The translations under genes and the position numbers were made by a program. Shown here one piece after another: positions 19,899 to 29,544 of a stretch of DNA of 64,000 bases. The stretch lies in contig OY970178.1 in assembly GCA_963707915.1 (NCBI GenBank), forward strand, positions 3,321,599-3,385,598, read 5' to 3'. Source of the DNA: Candidatus Eiseniibacteriota bacterium. GTDB taxonomy: Bacteria; Eisenbacteria; RBG-16-71-46. Each line of letters starts with the position of its first letter. Within the stretch, counting starts at the first letter, position 1. The notes under the pieces are model-generated. The model worked only from the letters and a program-made list of their open reading frames with translations, was not told the origin of the DNA and did no database searches.

Positions 19899-21917
19899 AT
19901 GAGCCACGATTGGATCACAACTGAAGAGGCCGCCAAGTACCTCGGCATCGGCAAGACGACCCTGTACAGCCTCACCCGGGCCGGAAAGATTCCTGCAACG
20001 CGCCTGGGCAAGAAGTGGGTGTACGACAAGCAGGCTCTCGCCCAGTGGATTAGGAAGGGCAGGAAACTGGAGCGCTTCTTCGTCGAGACCGTGGCGGAGA
20101 TCGAGAACAACTCCAGCCTCCGCGAGCCCCAACGGGATGCCTACCTCCTCGCACTTGAGTTCTTCCAGGGCGGCGGCAAGAAGGCGATCATCCAGCTCCC
20201 GGTCGGGTGCGGAAAGTCCGGCCTGGCCGCGATCCTACCGTTCGGTATCGCCAATGGGCGCGTGCTCATCATCGCCCCGAACCTGACGATCAAGGACGAA
20301 CTCTTCAAGTCGCTGGACATCACGAATCGGCAGAAGTGCTTCTGGCGGCGGATGCGAGTCCTTGAGGACGCGGACATGACGAGCGGTCCATACGTCGCCA
20401 CTCTTGAGAGCGGCAACCTGTCAGTCTGTGCCAAGTCGCACATCGTGCTGACGAACATCCAGCAACTGGCGGCGAACGTCGACAAGTGGCTGAACAAGTT
20501 CCCCGAAGCCTTCTTCGACCTGATCATTGTCGACGAGGCTCACCACGGTGCGGCATCCAGCTGGAAGCGGGTGTTCGAGAAGTTCCCGCAGGCCAAGGTA
20601 GTCAACCTGACGGCCACGCCGTTCCGCAGCGACCGCCAGGAACTCGATGGCGACCTGATCTACCGCTACCCCTTCAAGAGCGCCAGCATCAAGGGCTTCA
20701 TCAAGAAGCTCAAGGCCAGCTATGTCGCGCCAACCGAACTCACCTTCACGATCGAGGGCGAGACGCGGACGTTTGGGCTGAAGGAAGTCTTGGCGATGAA
20801 GGATGAGGAGTGGTTCAGCCGAGGCGTGGCACTTTCAGAGCCCTGCAACGTCAGCATCGTCGACAACAGCTTGGAGAAGTTGGAGCTCTTGCGGCAGTCG
20901 GGCACGAAGCATCAGATCATCGCGGTGGCTTGCTCGATCAACCACGCGCAGCGCATTCGCTCGCTGTACCAGGAGCGTGGATATGACGCCGCCATCATCC
21001 ACAGCAAGCTGGATGAGGCGGAGCAGGAAGAAGTCCTTCGTGACCTGTACAACGGTACCCTCGATTGCATCATCCAGGTGCAGATGCTCGGGGAAGGGTT
21101 CGATCACCCGAAGCTTAGCGTGGCCGCGATCTTCCGGCCGTTCCGGACCCTTGCGCCATACATCCAGTTCGTGGGCCGCATCCTTCGCGTTGTCGTCCAG
21201 AACGACCCGACTCACCCGGACAACTACGGACACATCGTCACGCATGTCGGGCTCAATCTCGACGAGCTACTGCAGCAGTTCAAGCAGTTCGAGAACGACG
21301 ATCAGAAGTTCTGGGAGATGGTCACGGGCGGGAAGGAGCCCGAGCCGCCGCACGAGGTCATCGACGGCGAGGCTCGGATGAAGCTCCAAGAGGACATGGT
21401 CGTCAGCCGAGAGATCGTCGACCGGCTCTTCGAGGAGGACTTCTCCACGGCCGAGGATACCGACATCGTCCAGGAGCTCGAGAAGAAGCTCGAAAGCCTC
21501 GGCCTGGACTCCACGCTCGCACGGCAGATGCTCGAGCAGAGCCGGTCTCAGCCGAAGGGGCGACGAACCGCGGCCGCGGCCGCGCCTTTCAGCGTGATTC
21601 CCGCAAAGAAGTGGCAGGAGCTGCGCAAGCGTCTAGACGAAGAAGCCAAGCGCACAGCGAAGCTCGTGCTGAACCGAACCGGACTCAAGCCTGAGGGCGT
21701 CGACCTGCCGTTCAAGTTGAAGCCCGGGATCGGTGGCAAGAACAACTTCATCGCGGCATTCCAGATGGTCAACGAAGGGATCAGCAAGCGAGTCGCCGCC
21801 GGCCGAAAGCGGCCGGAGTGGACAATCGAGGAGTTCGAATCAGCGATGAAACTGCTCCCAGAGGTGCTCGACGGGCTCGTTCGAGAAGTGAAGAAACTCC
21901 AACATGCCAAAGGGTAA
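19899..21917 (+). CDS. Excisionase-type HTH fused to an SF2 (ResIII/DEAH) helicase
   Basis: 'ITTEEAAKYLGIGKTTLYSLTRAGKIPATRLGKKWVY', motif I 'PVGCGKSG', motif II 'IIVDEAHH', motif III 'LTATPFR', motif VI 'QFVGRILR'. Confidence 0.8.
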   Translation: MSHDWITTEEAAKYLGIGKTTLYSLTRAGKIPATRLGKKWVYDKQALAQWIRKGRKLERFFVETVAEIENNSSLREPQRDAYLLALEFFQGGGKKAIIQLPVGCGKSGLAAILPFGIANGRVLIIAPNLTIKDELFKSLDITNRQKCFWRRMRVLEDADMTSGPYVATLESGNLSVCAKSHIVLTNIQQLAANVDKWLNKFPEAFFDLIIVDEAHHGAASSWKRVFEKFPQAKVVNLTATPFRSDRQELDGDLIYRYPFKSASIKGFIKKLKASYVAPTELTFTIEGETRTFGLKEVLAMKDEEWFSRGVALSEPCNVSIVDNSLEKLELLRQSGTKHQIIAVACSINHAQRIRSLYQERGYDAAIIHSKLDEAEQEEVLRDLYNGTLDCIIQVQMLGEGFDHPKLSVAAIFRPFRTLAPYIQFVGRILRVVVQNDPTHPDNYGHIVTHVGLNLDELLQQFKQFENDDQKFWEMVTGGKEPEPPHEVIDGEARMKLQEDMVVSREIVDRLFEEDFSTAEDTDIVQELEKKLESLGLDSTLARQMLEQSRSQPKGRRTAAAAAPFSVIPAKKWQELRKRLDEEAKRTAKLVLNRTGLKPEGVDLPFKLKPGIGGKNNFIAAFQMVNEGISKRVAAGRKRPEWTIEEFESAMKLLPEVLDGLVREVKKLQHAKG

Positions 21918-22143
21918 GACGCCATCTCTCATCGGGTCATCACTGGGGCGGCCTCGGGCAGCCATGGCGGGGAAGCTCTGTCACTGCAGTCGGTGCAGTG
22001 CGGACATCACGATGGGAGCAAAGTGCTATGACGTCCCGCAACCCTCGAAGTCTTTTCCGAGGCCGCGACGCTTCTGCGCGACGTGCTTCGAGGCGGTCTT
22101 GGTGCAAACTCGGCAGGACCTGGCTGAGCTCAAAGATCTTTGA
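21904..22143 (+). CDS. Small four-Cys zinc-ribbon protein
   Basis: 'CHCSRC...FCATC'. It overlaps the helicase stop by 14 nt. Confidence 0.5.
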   Translation: MPKGKTPSLIGSSLGRPRAAMAGKLCHCSRCSADITMGAKCYDVPQPSKSFPRPRRFCATCFEAVLVQTRQDLAELKDL

Positions 22144-22158
22144 TGGCCGGAGATTTCG

Positions 22159-23406
22159 ATGGGGCCAATCCTCGTTTTCGACAAGTCGTTCTTGCAGAGC
22201 ATCAATCCTGATGAAGCGGTGTGGCTTGACCACTTCTTCCTGACCAACATCACACCACTGTTCTTCATCGAGACCCTCGCGGATCTTGAGAAGGAGGTGC
22301 GCAAGGGACGTACTCCCGAGCAAGTGGTTGGGAATCTCGCCTACAAGACCCCCGACTTGAACTCGAAACCAAGCGTTCACCACACGCGGTTGTTGAGCGG
22401 CGAACTCAGCGGGCGGGCGCCTGTACCCATGGGCGAGGGACAGATCATCGTGCCGGGTGGGAAGCAGACCGTGCTCGATGGGAAGAGCGGCGTGTTCTTC
22501 GAGCAGTCGCCCGAGGAAGAGGCGCTGAGCCGCTGGCAGAAGGGGCAGTTTCTTGATCTCGAGCGCCAGCAAGCCAAGCAATGGCGCCGCGGCCTCTCGC
22601 TTCTTACTCCCGAGAAACAGCGCGAACTCTTCTCGCCGTGGTTTCAAACAGGGACACCGAATACGCTGGCAGACGTGAAGCTTGCGGCAGACGGGTTCAT
22701 TGACCAATCGGACCAGGAGCGATCCCTCTCGTTTGGCTTGGCACTTGTTGGGGTGAACCCTGCGGGACAAGCCGAAATCCTCGGACGCTGGCGCGCCTCC
22801 GGACGACCGTCAATCGCTGTCTTCGCCCCGTACTTCCGGCATGTGTACGGCGTGGAGCTGTTCTTCTACCTTGGGCTCGCCGCGCGGCTGATCTCCGAGC
22901 GTCGGACAAATCACGTTGACCTTGCCTACCTCTTCTACCTGCCGTTCTGCATGGTCTTCACGTCCTCCGACGACCTGCACGCTGCGACGGTGCCCCTCTT
23001 CCTGCGCGACAACCAGACATTCGTCCCGGGTGCCGAGTTGAAGGCCGACCTCGGAGCACTGGATCGTCACTACAGTGCCTTCCCGGACGAAGCGAAGGCT
23101 CGCGGGTTGTACGAGCTCGCAGCCTGGCCGCCGGTGGATGATGCGTTTCTCGTGTCGAGACTGTGGGACGCCCACATGCGACCCGACTGGAGGGAGATCG
23201 CCGTCAAACCAGAGCCAGCGCCGGATAAGACGCGGGATGCGAAGCTCGTCGAGAGGCTCCGCGACCAATGGGAGGCGGGACGAGCGGCCCCAGAAGCCTC
23301 CTCGGGCAACTCGGGCGATGTCGACTACATGGTGGTCACGCGCAGAGTGGATATGAAGAAGGGAAAGTGGAATCGTTTTCCGCCAGAGGTGAAGCCCGAC
23401 CCCTGA
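22159..23406 (+). CDS. Hypothetical protein, possible split PIN-like nuclease
   Basis: N-terminal 'ILVFDKSFL' plus 'FFIETLADL', and distal 'CMVFTSSDDLH', resemble PIN acidic residues. No other motif recognised. Confidence 0.4.
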   Translation: MGPILVFDKSFLQSINPDEAVWLDHFFLTNITPLFFIETLADLEKEVRKGRTPEQVVGNLAYKTPDLNSKPSVHHTRLLSGELSGRAPVPMGEGQIIVPGGKQTVLDGKSGVFFEQSPEEEALSRWQKGQFLDLERQQAKQWRRGLSLLTPEKQRELFSPWFQTGTPNTLADVKLAADGFIDQSDQERSLSFGLALVGVNPAGQAEILGRWRASGRPSIAVFAPYFRHVYGVELFFYLGLAARLISERRTNHVDLAYLFYLPFCMVFTSSDDLHAATVPLFLRDNQTFVPGAELKADLGALDRHYSAFPDEAKARGLYELAAWPPVDDAFLVSRLWDAHMRPDWREIAVKPEPAPDKTRDAKLVERLRDQWEAGRAAPEASSGNSGDVDYMVVTRRVDMKKGKWNRFPPEVKPDP

Positions 23407-23529
23407 TGCCCGCCGTCGACAACCTTCTGAGAGTGCCACGCTCTCTAGATGATGCCGTGACCTGTTGGTTTGCGCAGCGTAGGCTTCGTCCGGGTGTCTT
23501 GACCTCAGCCCCTCATCGAGGTGGATCCA

Positions 23530-24498
23530 ATGATCTCTGCACTAGATGCAGTGTATCCCGAAGACGGCCTCTGCCGCATCCTCGCGTTGGACGGTGGTGG
23601 GGCGAAGGGCTTCTATACCCTCGGGGTGCTCAAGGAAGTGGAGGGGTTGCTCGGGTGTCATCTCCACAAACGCTTTGATCTCGTCTTCGGGACGAGCACC
23701 GGTGCCATCATCGCCTCCCTGATCGCGCTTGGACACAGCATTGACGAGATCCACGCGTTGTACAAAGCCCACGTTCCTCGCGTCATGGCCGAGCGCTCCC
23801 CCCGGGGTAGGGCAGCGGCCCTCGAGCGCTTGACCAAGGAGGTCTTTGGAACGAAGTCGTTCGAAGACGTCAGGACGGGTGTCGGGGTCATCGCGACGAA
23901 GTGGTCGATCGAAAGACCGATGATCTTCAAGGGAAGCGTTGCGCAAGCCCACGGCCGTAGAGGGACATTCACGCCAGGGTTTGGGGTGACGATCGCCGAC
24001 GCGGTCAAAGCTTCCTGCTCTGCCTATCCGTTCTTCGATCGCACCACCTTGGTGACGTCTTCGGGGGATAGGGTCGAACTCATCGACGGAGGATATTGCG
24101 CGAACAACCCGACGCTCTACGCGATCGCGGATGCGGTTGCCGCGCTGGGGAGAGACACCAAGGACCTGCGGGTTGTGAGCGTGGGGGTGGGAAGTTACCC
24201 CGAGCCAAAGCCGGGATTGAAGATGTGGCTGGCGAAGAAATACCTTGTTAGCGTCCAGCTGCTGCAGAAGACACTCGAGATCAACACGCAATCAATGGAT
24301 CAGCTCCGAGCGATTCTGTTCCGCGAGGTCCCCACTATTCGGATCAGTGACGCATTCGAGCACCCGGAGTTGGCCACGGACCTCTTGGAGCATGACCTCG
24401 CAAAGCTCAACCTCTTGCACCAACGTGGGAGGGAGTCATTTGCGTCGAGAGAAGACCAGCTGAAGGCCTTTCTCCTACCTAGCGGGACGACAGCATGA
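23530..24498 (+). CDS. capV: Patatin-like phospholipase (CBASS CapV-like effector)
   Basis: 'LALDGGGAKG', 'GTSTGAIIA' (GxSxG), 'DGGYCANNP' (DG dyad). A 4-nt ATGA overlap links it to the next gene. Confidence 0.75.
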   Translation: MISALDAVYPEDGLCRILALDGGGAKGFYTLGVLKEVEGLLGCHLHKRFDLVFGTSTGAIIASLIALGHSIDEIHALYKAHVPRVMAERSPRGRAAALERLTKEVFGTKSFEDVRTGVGVIATKWSIERPMIFKGSVAQAHGRRGTFTPGFGVTIADAVKASCSAYPFFDRTTLVTSSGDRVELIDGGYCANNPTLYAIADAVAALGRDTKDLRVVSVGVGSYPEPKPGLKMWLAKKYLVSVQLLQKTLEINTQSMDQLRAILFREVPTIRISDAFEHPELATDLLEHDLAKLNLLHQRGRESFASREDQLKAFLLPSGTTA

Positions 24499-25388
24499 CA
24501 ATCCCAGAAGCGCAGTTTGAAACCTGGGCGCATCAAGGCTCAATCGCACAGTCACGCGACACCTATGCCTCAGTGGGTCGTGTATTGCGCGCGTCGGACA
24601 CCCCGTACTCCGGGAAGGCGTACCGTGTGTTCCTGCAGGGATCTTATGGCAACGACACCAACATCTATGCGGAGAGCGACGTCGACGTCGTGATCTGCCT
24701 GGACGAGTGCTGGGGCAGCGATCTCTCGGAGTTGTCAGGGCCGGAAAAGGCCGCGTACGAGAGCTCTCACGTGACGGCGACGTATTCTCATGTGGACTTC
24801 AAGCGCGATGTGCTGGATGTCCTCAGGGCGCAGTACGATGACGACGTTGAGGCTGGGGACAAGGCCATTGCGATTGCCGCTAACGGCAACCGCAGAAGAT
24901 CGGACGTCATTGTCTCTACGGAGTTCAGGCGCTACAGGCGTTACGTGAACGCCACCGACCAGGACTACGTGACCGGAATCTGCTTCTTCAACAAGTCCGG
25001 AGCGCGCATCGAGAACTACCCCCGGCAGCATTCAGAGAACCTGACACGTAAGCATCAAAGCGCGGGAAATGGGCTGAAGCCAATGATTCGGGCCCTTAAG
25101 AACCTCAGGGGGAGGCTGGTCGACGACGGCGTGATTGAGTCAGATCGTGCGCCGTCCTACTACCTCGAGGGACTGCTGTACAACGTGCCAGACGAACTGT
25201 TTGTCACAAGCCTCCAGCAGACGTTCGTAAACAGCGTCAACTGGCTACAGTCTGAGGCGGACAAGGCGAAGCTCTTGTGCGCGCATGAGTTGTACTATCT
25301 CCTCTGGGATGACTCTCCGACATCGTGGCCAAGAACTCATTGCGACGAGTTTCTTTCGGCCGCGACTGACCTGTGGAACGAGTGGTGA
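24495..25388 (+). CDS. SMODS/CD-NTase-type nucleotidyltransferase (copy 1)
   Basis: 'LQGSYGNDTNIYAESDVDVVICL' (GS...DxD), third acidic 'RRSDVIVSTE', 'ENYPRQHSENL...IRALKNLR'. Confidence 0.7.
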   Translation: MTIPEAQFETWAHQGSIAQSRDTYASVGRVLRASDTPYSGKAYRVFLQGSYGNDTNIYAESDVDVVICLDECWGSDLSELSGPEKAAYESSHVTATYSHVDFKRDVLDVLRAQYDDDVEAGDKAIAIAANGNRRRSDVIVSTEFRRYRRYVNATDQDYVTGICFFNKSGARIENYPRQHSENLTRKHQSAGNGLKPMIRALKNLRGRLVDDGVIESDRAPSYYLEGLLYNVPDELFVTSLQQTFVNSVNWLQSEADKAKLLCAHELYYLLWDDSPTSWPRTHCDEFLSAATDLWNEW

Positions 25389-25424
25389 GCAAGTACTCGG
25401 GCCGGTAGTCTCGGACTTCCGTCA

Positions 25425-25510
25425 TTGTCCGTTTCGATCTTCAAGTCCGGCAGGTAGAAGTCCGTGGTCTCGAAGAGCCAAGTTCGAAGACGGACGCAAG
25501 TGGTCCGCCA
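25425..25510 (-). pseudogene. Relic 0 of a serine-recombinase 3' end
   Basis: Minus-strand 'CVRLRTWLFETTDFYLPDLK' versus the intact 'DDVRTWLKKDKWLPLPRLD'. The 14-nt GAGCCAAGTTCGAA (25475-25488) is identical to relic A. Confidence 0.45.
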
Positions 25511-25827
25511 CTCACAGGAGAGTTTGGGCCAAGCGAATACATGTCGCCCCCGTGGGTTACGACCCGCGGGGGCGATCTTGTGTCTTGGCAGATCTGGGCG
25601 CCTTGGGGAGCGTTCGGGCAGCCGAAGGAACCGCAGAATGGGACAAGAACGGTGACAAGAATCAGAGATCACTTGCGCCGCGATCGACGGCCGTGCGCTA
25701 GGCCGGGTGCCCGGCGTTCGTCGAGGACTCGGGGCATGGGATTCCGGCGGGTGGCGTCTTCTGGTGGTCACGGATGGACACGAGAGAACAGCGAAGGACC
25801 CGTTAGGCCGCCAAAGTAGCAACCATT

Positions 25828-25850
25828 TGGTAGCCAGAATCCGGCTACCA
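25828..25850. promoter_or_regulatory. Perfect palindrome, candidate operator of the LexA-like repressor
   Basis: TGGTAGCC-N7-GGCTACCA, located 36 nt upstream of a TTGACG -35 element. Confidence 0.35.
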
Positions 25851-25885
25851 GAGCAGCGGTCTAGGCGACCGCGTGGCCGCAACCC

Positions 25886-25913
25886 TTGACGAGCCCGCTG
25901 GGGGGTGTATGCT
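25886..25913 (+). promoter_or_regulatory. Sigma70-like promoter of the LexA-CBASS-Ubl operon
   Basis: TTGACG, 16 nt, TATGCT. ATG 25924 lies about 10 nt downstream (short or no leader). Confidence 0.3.
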
Positions 25914-25923
25914 GCTGTATGCG

Positions 25924-26556
25924 ATGACTCTCCGACCTCTCACCCCCAAGGAATTCCAAGCTCTCCGGCACATCCGGAACTGCCTGGCACATGGCCAACC
26001 CGCGCCCACCGTTCGCGAGCTAAAGGACCTGCTGGAGTACCGGTCACCACGCTCCGCGGCGGTAATTCTGGAGCGGCTTGCTGCCCATGGGTTCATCCGC
26101 CGCCGTCCGGATGGCCAGCTCCAGCTGCTCCGCGATCTGCCGGAGGGAGCCGCCCATGCGCGTACCGTGCCCGTGCCGCTCGTGGGCGCGATCGCCTGCG
26201 GCGCGCCGCTTCTGGCCGAACAGAACATCGAGGCGATGATTCCGGTCTCGCTCTCTCTCGCCCGTCCGCCGCACAACTACTTCATGCTTCGCGCGAAAGG
26301 CAACTCTATGAACCGCGCGGGCATCCAGGATGGTGATCTCGTGCTCGTCCGACAGCAGCCAACTGCCCAGGACGGCGACCGGGTGGTCGCCCTGATCGAT
26401 GACGAGGCTACGGTCAAGGTGCTGCGACGAGCGGGCGATGCGATTGCTCTCGAACCGCGTTCAACGAACAAGCGGCACGAGCCCATCCTCGTGACTACGG
26501 ATTTTCAGGTCCAGGGCGTTGTCGTCGGAACTATTCGTGCCCCGCGTATGAGGTAA
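25924..26556 (+). CDS. LexA-like repressor (wHTH + S24 autopeptidase)
   Basis: 'LTPKEFQALRHIRN...PTVRELKDLL', 'VPLVGAIACGAPL' (cleavage-site region, Cys-Gly in place of Ala-Gly), 'GNSM' Ser and 'EATVKVL' Lys. The start was chosen downstream of the predicted promoter; the track ORF starts at 25873. Confidence 0.75.
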   Translation: MTLRPLTPKEFQALRHIRNCLAHGQPAPTVRELKDLLEYRSPRSAAVILERLAAHGFIRRRPDGQLQLLRDLPEGAAHARTVPVPLVGAIACGAPLLAEQNIEAMIPVSLSLARPPHNYFMLRAKGNSMNRAGIQDGDLVLVRQQPTAQDGDRVVALIDDEATVKVLRRAGDAIALEPRSTNKRHEPILVTTDFQVQGVVVGTIRAPRMR

Positions 26557-26565
26557 TCTTGCACC

Positions 26566-27438
26566 ATGGCCATTTCCGAACAACAACTCGCGAGCTGGGC
26601 CAAGGGGCCGGGTGCCACCGAGCAGGAGCGTTGCGACACGACTGTGCGCCGCATCACTGAGGCCCTGCGTCCGTTCTACGGTAGCCGAGTGACCATCTTC
26701 CCGCAGGGCTCGTATCGGAACCGGACGAACGTGCGGCAGGACAGTGATGTAGACGTGGCGGTGGTCGAGAGCTCCGCCTACATTGGCGATACGTCGCGGA
26801 TGGGACCTGAGGCTTTGGCGCGGTGGAACGCGATGTCTCCAGCCAGCTACACATTCGCGCAGTTGAAGGCGGACGTGCACCAACAACTCACCGCCGCCTT
26901 CGGGCCACGTGTTGAACGCCGTAATAAGTGCATCTTCGTACCTGAGACCGCCAGCGGCGTTGACGGTGACGTTGTCCCCGCCTTCGAGTACCGGCTGTTC
27001 GACTACAACGGCTACAAGACGGCCAGCGGCATCGCTTTCTACGCTGACCGGGGCGGATTGTTCACCAGCTTTCCGCAGCAGCACTACGATAACGGGGTGG
27101 CGAAGAACGACCGGACGCAGCGGATGTACAAGCGAGCGGTGCGCATCCTCAAGAATGCTCGGAACACCCTCGTAGAGAACGGGCAGCTGGGGGACACGTT
27201 CGCGCCGTCATTCTTCCTTGAATGCCTTACGTACAACGCGGCCGACCGAGTGTTCTTGGCAAGCACCTATACCCAAAGCATCAAGCAGGTGATCGAGGAC
27301 CTTTGGGAAGCAACCAAGCCCAGTCGCAGCGGGAGCCTCGTGGAAGTTAGCGAAGTGAAGCCGCTCTTCACGGCCGAGCACACCGCGGACGAGGCACGCA
27401 CGTTCCTGCGAACCGCCTACACGTTCATCGGGTTCTGA
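26566..27438 (+). CDS. SMODS/CD-NTase-type nucleotidyltransferase (copy 2)
   Basis: 'FPQGSYRNRTNVRQDSDVDVAVVE', 'GVDGDVVPAFEY', 'SFPQQHYDNGVAKN...VRILKNARN'. Confidence 0.7.
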   Translation: MAISEQQLASWAKGPGATEQERCDTTVRRITEALRPFYGSRVTIFPQGSYRNRTNVRQDSDVDVAVVESSAYIGDTSRMGPEALARWNAMSPASYTFAQLKADVHQQLTAAFGPRVERRNKCIFVPETASGVDGDVVPAFEYRLFDYNGYKTASGIAFYADRGGLFTSFPQQHYDNGVAKNDRTQRMYKRAVRILKNARNTLVENGQLGDTFAPSFFLECLTYNAADRVFLASTYTQSIKQVIEDLWEATKPSRSGSLVEVSEVKPLFTAEHTADEARTFLRTAYTFIGF

Positions 27439-27440
27439 GC

Positions 27441-28070
27441 ATGGGCATTCAACTCCATCGCGCAAGCCATTTCGTCCTCTTCATCTTAGTGCTGCCGCTC
27501 CTCAGCTTGGCGTTGGCTTGGGAATGCAGCCGAGTCGTGGCGATGGTGGTTCCCCCTGGCTGGGCATTTGCCGTCGATTCGGTCGGCACGATCGGCGCCT
27601 ACGGTCTTCTGTTCAAGGCCTTTGACCTCTGGCTTTGGCGGTGGCCGGCCTTTCGCTCCCTGGGCATCGTTCAGCCCCCTCTCATGGCAGGCCGGTGGGT
27701 CGGTTCATTGCGTTCCTCCCATGACAATCATGAGACCCGCCACGAGGCCGTGGTGGAAGTACGCCAGAGCTTCACTTCTGTGCGCGTGGCCATGTACTTC
27801 GCGGGCTCGCGATCGGCCAGCCTGATCGCGGGGTTTGCGCAGGAGGCGGATGGTGGCGTGGCGCTCCACTACGAGTACCAGAACGTGCCGTCCGTTGATG
27901 CTTCGCGGACCATGCACATTCACTACGGCACGGCCACGCTCCAGTGCGTCCCGGGACGGCCGCGGATGGAGGGGCACTACTACAACTGGGGACGTGACGA
28001 GAGAGGGCACTACGGAGTGATGGAGTTCTCCTTCGAGAGCGCTAAACTACTGGGCCGGTTCTCCCAGTGA
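27441..28070 (+). CDS. 2TM + beta-rich effector (Cap15 / S-2TM-beta-like)
   Basis: Two N-terminal hydrophobic helices ('FVLFILVLPLLSLALAW', 'VGTIGAYGLLFKAFDLWLW'), then a beta-strand-rich 130-aa domain. It starts 2 nt after the NTase stop. Confidence 0.55.
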   Translation: MGIQLHRASHFVLFILVLPLLSLALAWECSRVVAMVVPPGWAFAVDSVGTIGAYGLLFKAFDLWLWRWPAFRSLGIVQPPLMAGRWVGSLRSSHDNHETRHEAVVEVRQSFTSVRVAMYFAGSRSASLIAGFAQEADGGVALHYEYQNVPSVDASRTMHIHYGTATLQCVPGRPRMEGHYYNWGRDERGHYGVMEFSFESAKLLGRFSQ

Positions 28071-28124
28071 CGCTCACGAACTGAGTCCACAACGCATTAA
28101 CTAACTAAGAGAAGGAGATAACGT

Positions 28125-28382
28125 ATGGACACGCAGGACAAAGTAAAGACCGTCACGATCATCGTGGAAGGCACTCCGCACGAGTGGCCCAAGGGTGAGA
28201 TCACCTACGCGGAGGTCGTCACTCTTGAAGTGCCGGACTACGCGCAGCACCCGGAGATCACGTACTCGGTGACCTACAAGCGCGGGCACGGCGAGAAGCC
28301 CGAAGGGATTCTCGTGAAAGGCGGCTCGGTCAAGGTAAAGGACGGGATGATCTTCCGTGTTTCAGAAACTGGTCAGTCATAA
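28125..28382 (+). CDS. Ubiquitin-like beta-grasp protein (multiubiquitin-domain type)
   Basis: AAGGAG RBS. 'VTIIVEGTPHEWPKGEITYAEVVTL' and 'GSVKVKDGMIFRVSETGQS' resemble the multiubiquitin family found with prokaryotic E1/E2. Confidence 0.55.
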   Translation: MDTQDKVKTVTIIVEGTPHEWPKGEITYAEVVTLEVPDYAQHPEITYSVTYKRGHGEKPEGILVKGGSVKVKDGMIFRVSETGQS

Positions 28383-29544
28383 CGACGACTTGGGTCGTTT
28401 GGTCGACAAGGGTTATGCCGTCGGCTTCGACCCGGGGCTTCTGATTGTTCGTGATATCCCGTACCTGGATGACCAGAAACGACTGCAGATTGGTGCGATT
28501 GTCGCGAAGCTGGTTCTCATCGACGACGACCGAGTCAGCCAGGACGATCACCAGATCTACTTCGCTGGCTCTGCCCCTTGCGACGTCAACGGCTCGGCGA
28601 TCCCCAATCTCGCTGGCGGCTCCGCCAGCATCCCGATGAGCGACGCAAACAAGGACGTGGTCGTTCAGCGGTCGTTCTCTAACAAGCCTCGTGCCACGGG
28701 GAAGTTCGACAACTTCTTCGACAAGATCGAGAGCTACGTAGCGATCATTTCGGGTCCAGCCATGGAGCTGTACCCCGATGCGACTCCCTTTACGTTCCAC
28801 GTCGTGACGACCTATCCCGGGTCGGTATTCAAGTTCCACGACACCCTTACAAGCAGAGCTGAAATCGGAGATCTGTCCGGGAGGTTCAAGGACGACATCA
28901 TCGCGGTCATTGGACTTGGTGGCACCGGCGCGTACCTGCTGGATCTTCTGACGAAGACGCAGGTGCGCGAGATCCGCGCGTTCGACCACGACCACTTCTA
29001 CGTGCATAACGCCTTCCGGTCTCCAGGGCGACTTCAATCAGGAGAACTCGGAAGGCTGAAAGCGGACGTGTACCGGGACCGCTACGACTCGTTTCGAACC
29101 GGGCTCTCGATCGAGAGGAGACTGATTGACGCCTCCTCGGTGGACGCGTTGGACGGCGTGACCTTCGCGTTCGTGTGCGTCGACAAGGGCTCGTCGCGGG
29201 CGGGCGTATTCGATGCCCTTCTTTCCAAGCGCATCCCGTTCATTGACGTCGGGATGGGCCTGAAACGCAGAGACGGCAGCCTGAACGGAATGCTGCGCGT
29301 CACCTACTTCTCGTCGGAGGATGGTGGGCAGGTGCGCGCGAAGGGACTCGCTGAACTGGCCGACACGCCGGACGACCTCTATCGAACCAACATCCAGACC
29401 AGCGAGTTGAACGCGCTGAACGCTGCCTTGGCCGTCGTGAAGTTCAAGAAGCTCCGAGGCTTCTACTTCGAGGAAACGCCCTACTACCATCTTCTCCACG
29501 ACGTTGGAGACTCCACGATGGTCGGGGAATCGGAGCTGACATGA
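28357..29544 (+). CDS. E2-like domain fused to a ThiF/E1 adenylation domain (6E/Bub-type)
   Basis: N-terminal 'HQIYFAGSAPC' E2-like His..Cys. C-terminal Rossmann 'VIGLGGTGAYLLDLL', 'FDHDHFYVHNAFR' and 'FVCVDKGSSR'. Overlaps the Ubl gene by 26 nt. GTG start is uncertain. Confidence 0.6.
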   Translation: MFQKLVSHNDDLGRLVDKGYAVGFDPGLLIVRDIPYLDDQKRLQIGAIVAKLVLIDDDRVSQDDHQIYFAGSAPCDVNGSAIPNLAGGSASIPMSDANKDVVVQRSFSNKPRATGKFDNFFDKIESYVAIISGPAMELYPDATPFTFHVVTTYPGSVFKFHDTLTSRAEIGDLSGRFKDDIIAVIGLGGTGAYLLDLLTKTQVREIRAFDHDHFYVHNAFRSPGRLQSGELGRLKADVYRDRYDSFRTGLSIERRLIDASSVDALDGVTFAFVCVDKGSSRAGVFDALLSKRIPFIDVGMGLKRRDGSLNGMLRVTYFSSEDGGQVRAKGLAELADTPDDLYRTNIQTSELNALNAALAVVKFKKLRGFYFEETPYYHLLHDVGDSTMVGESELT

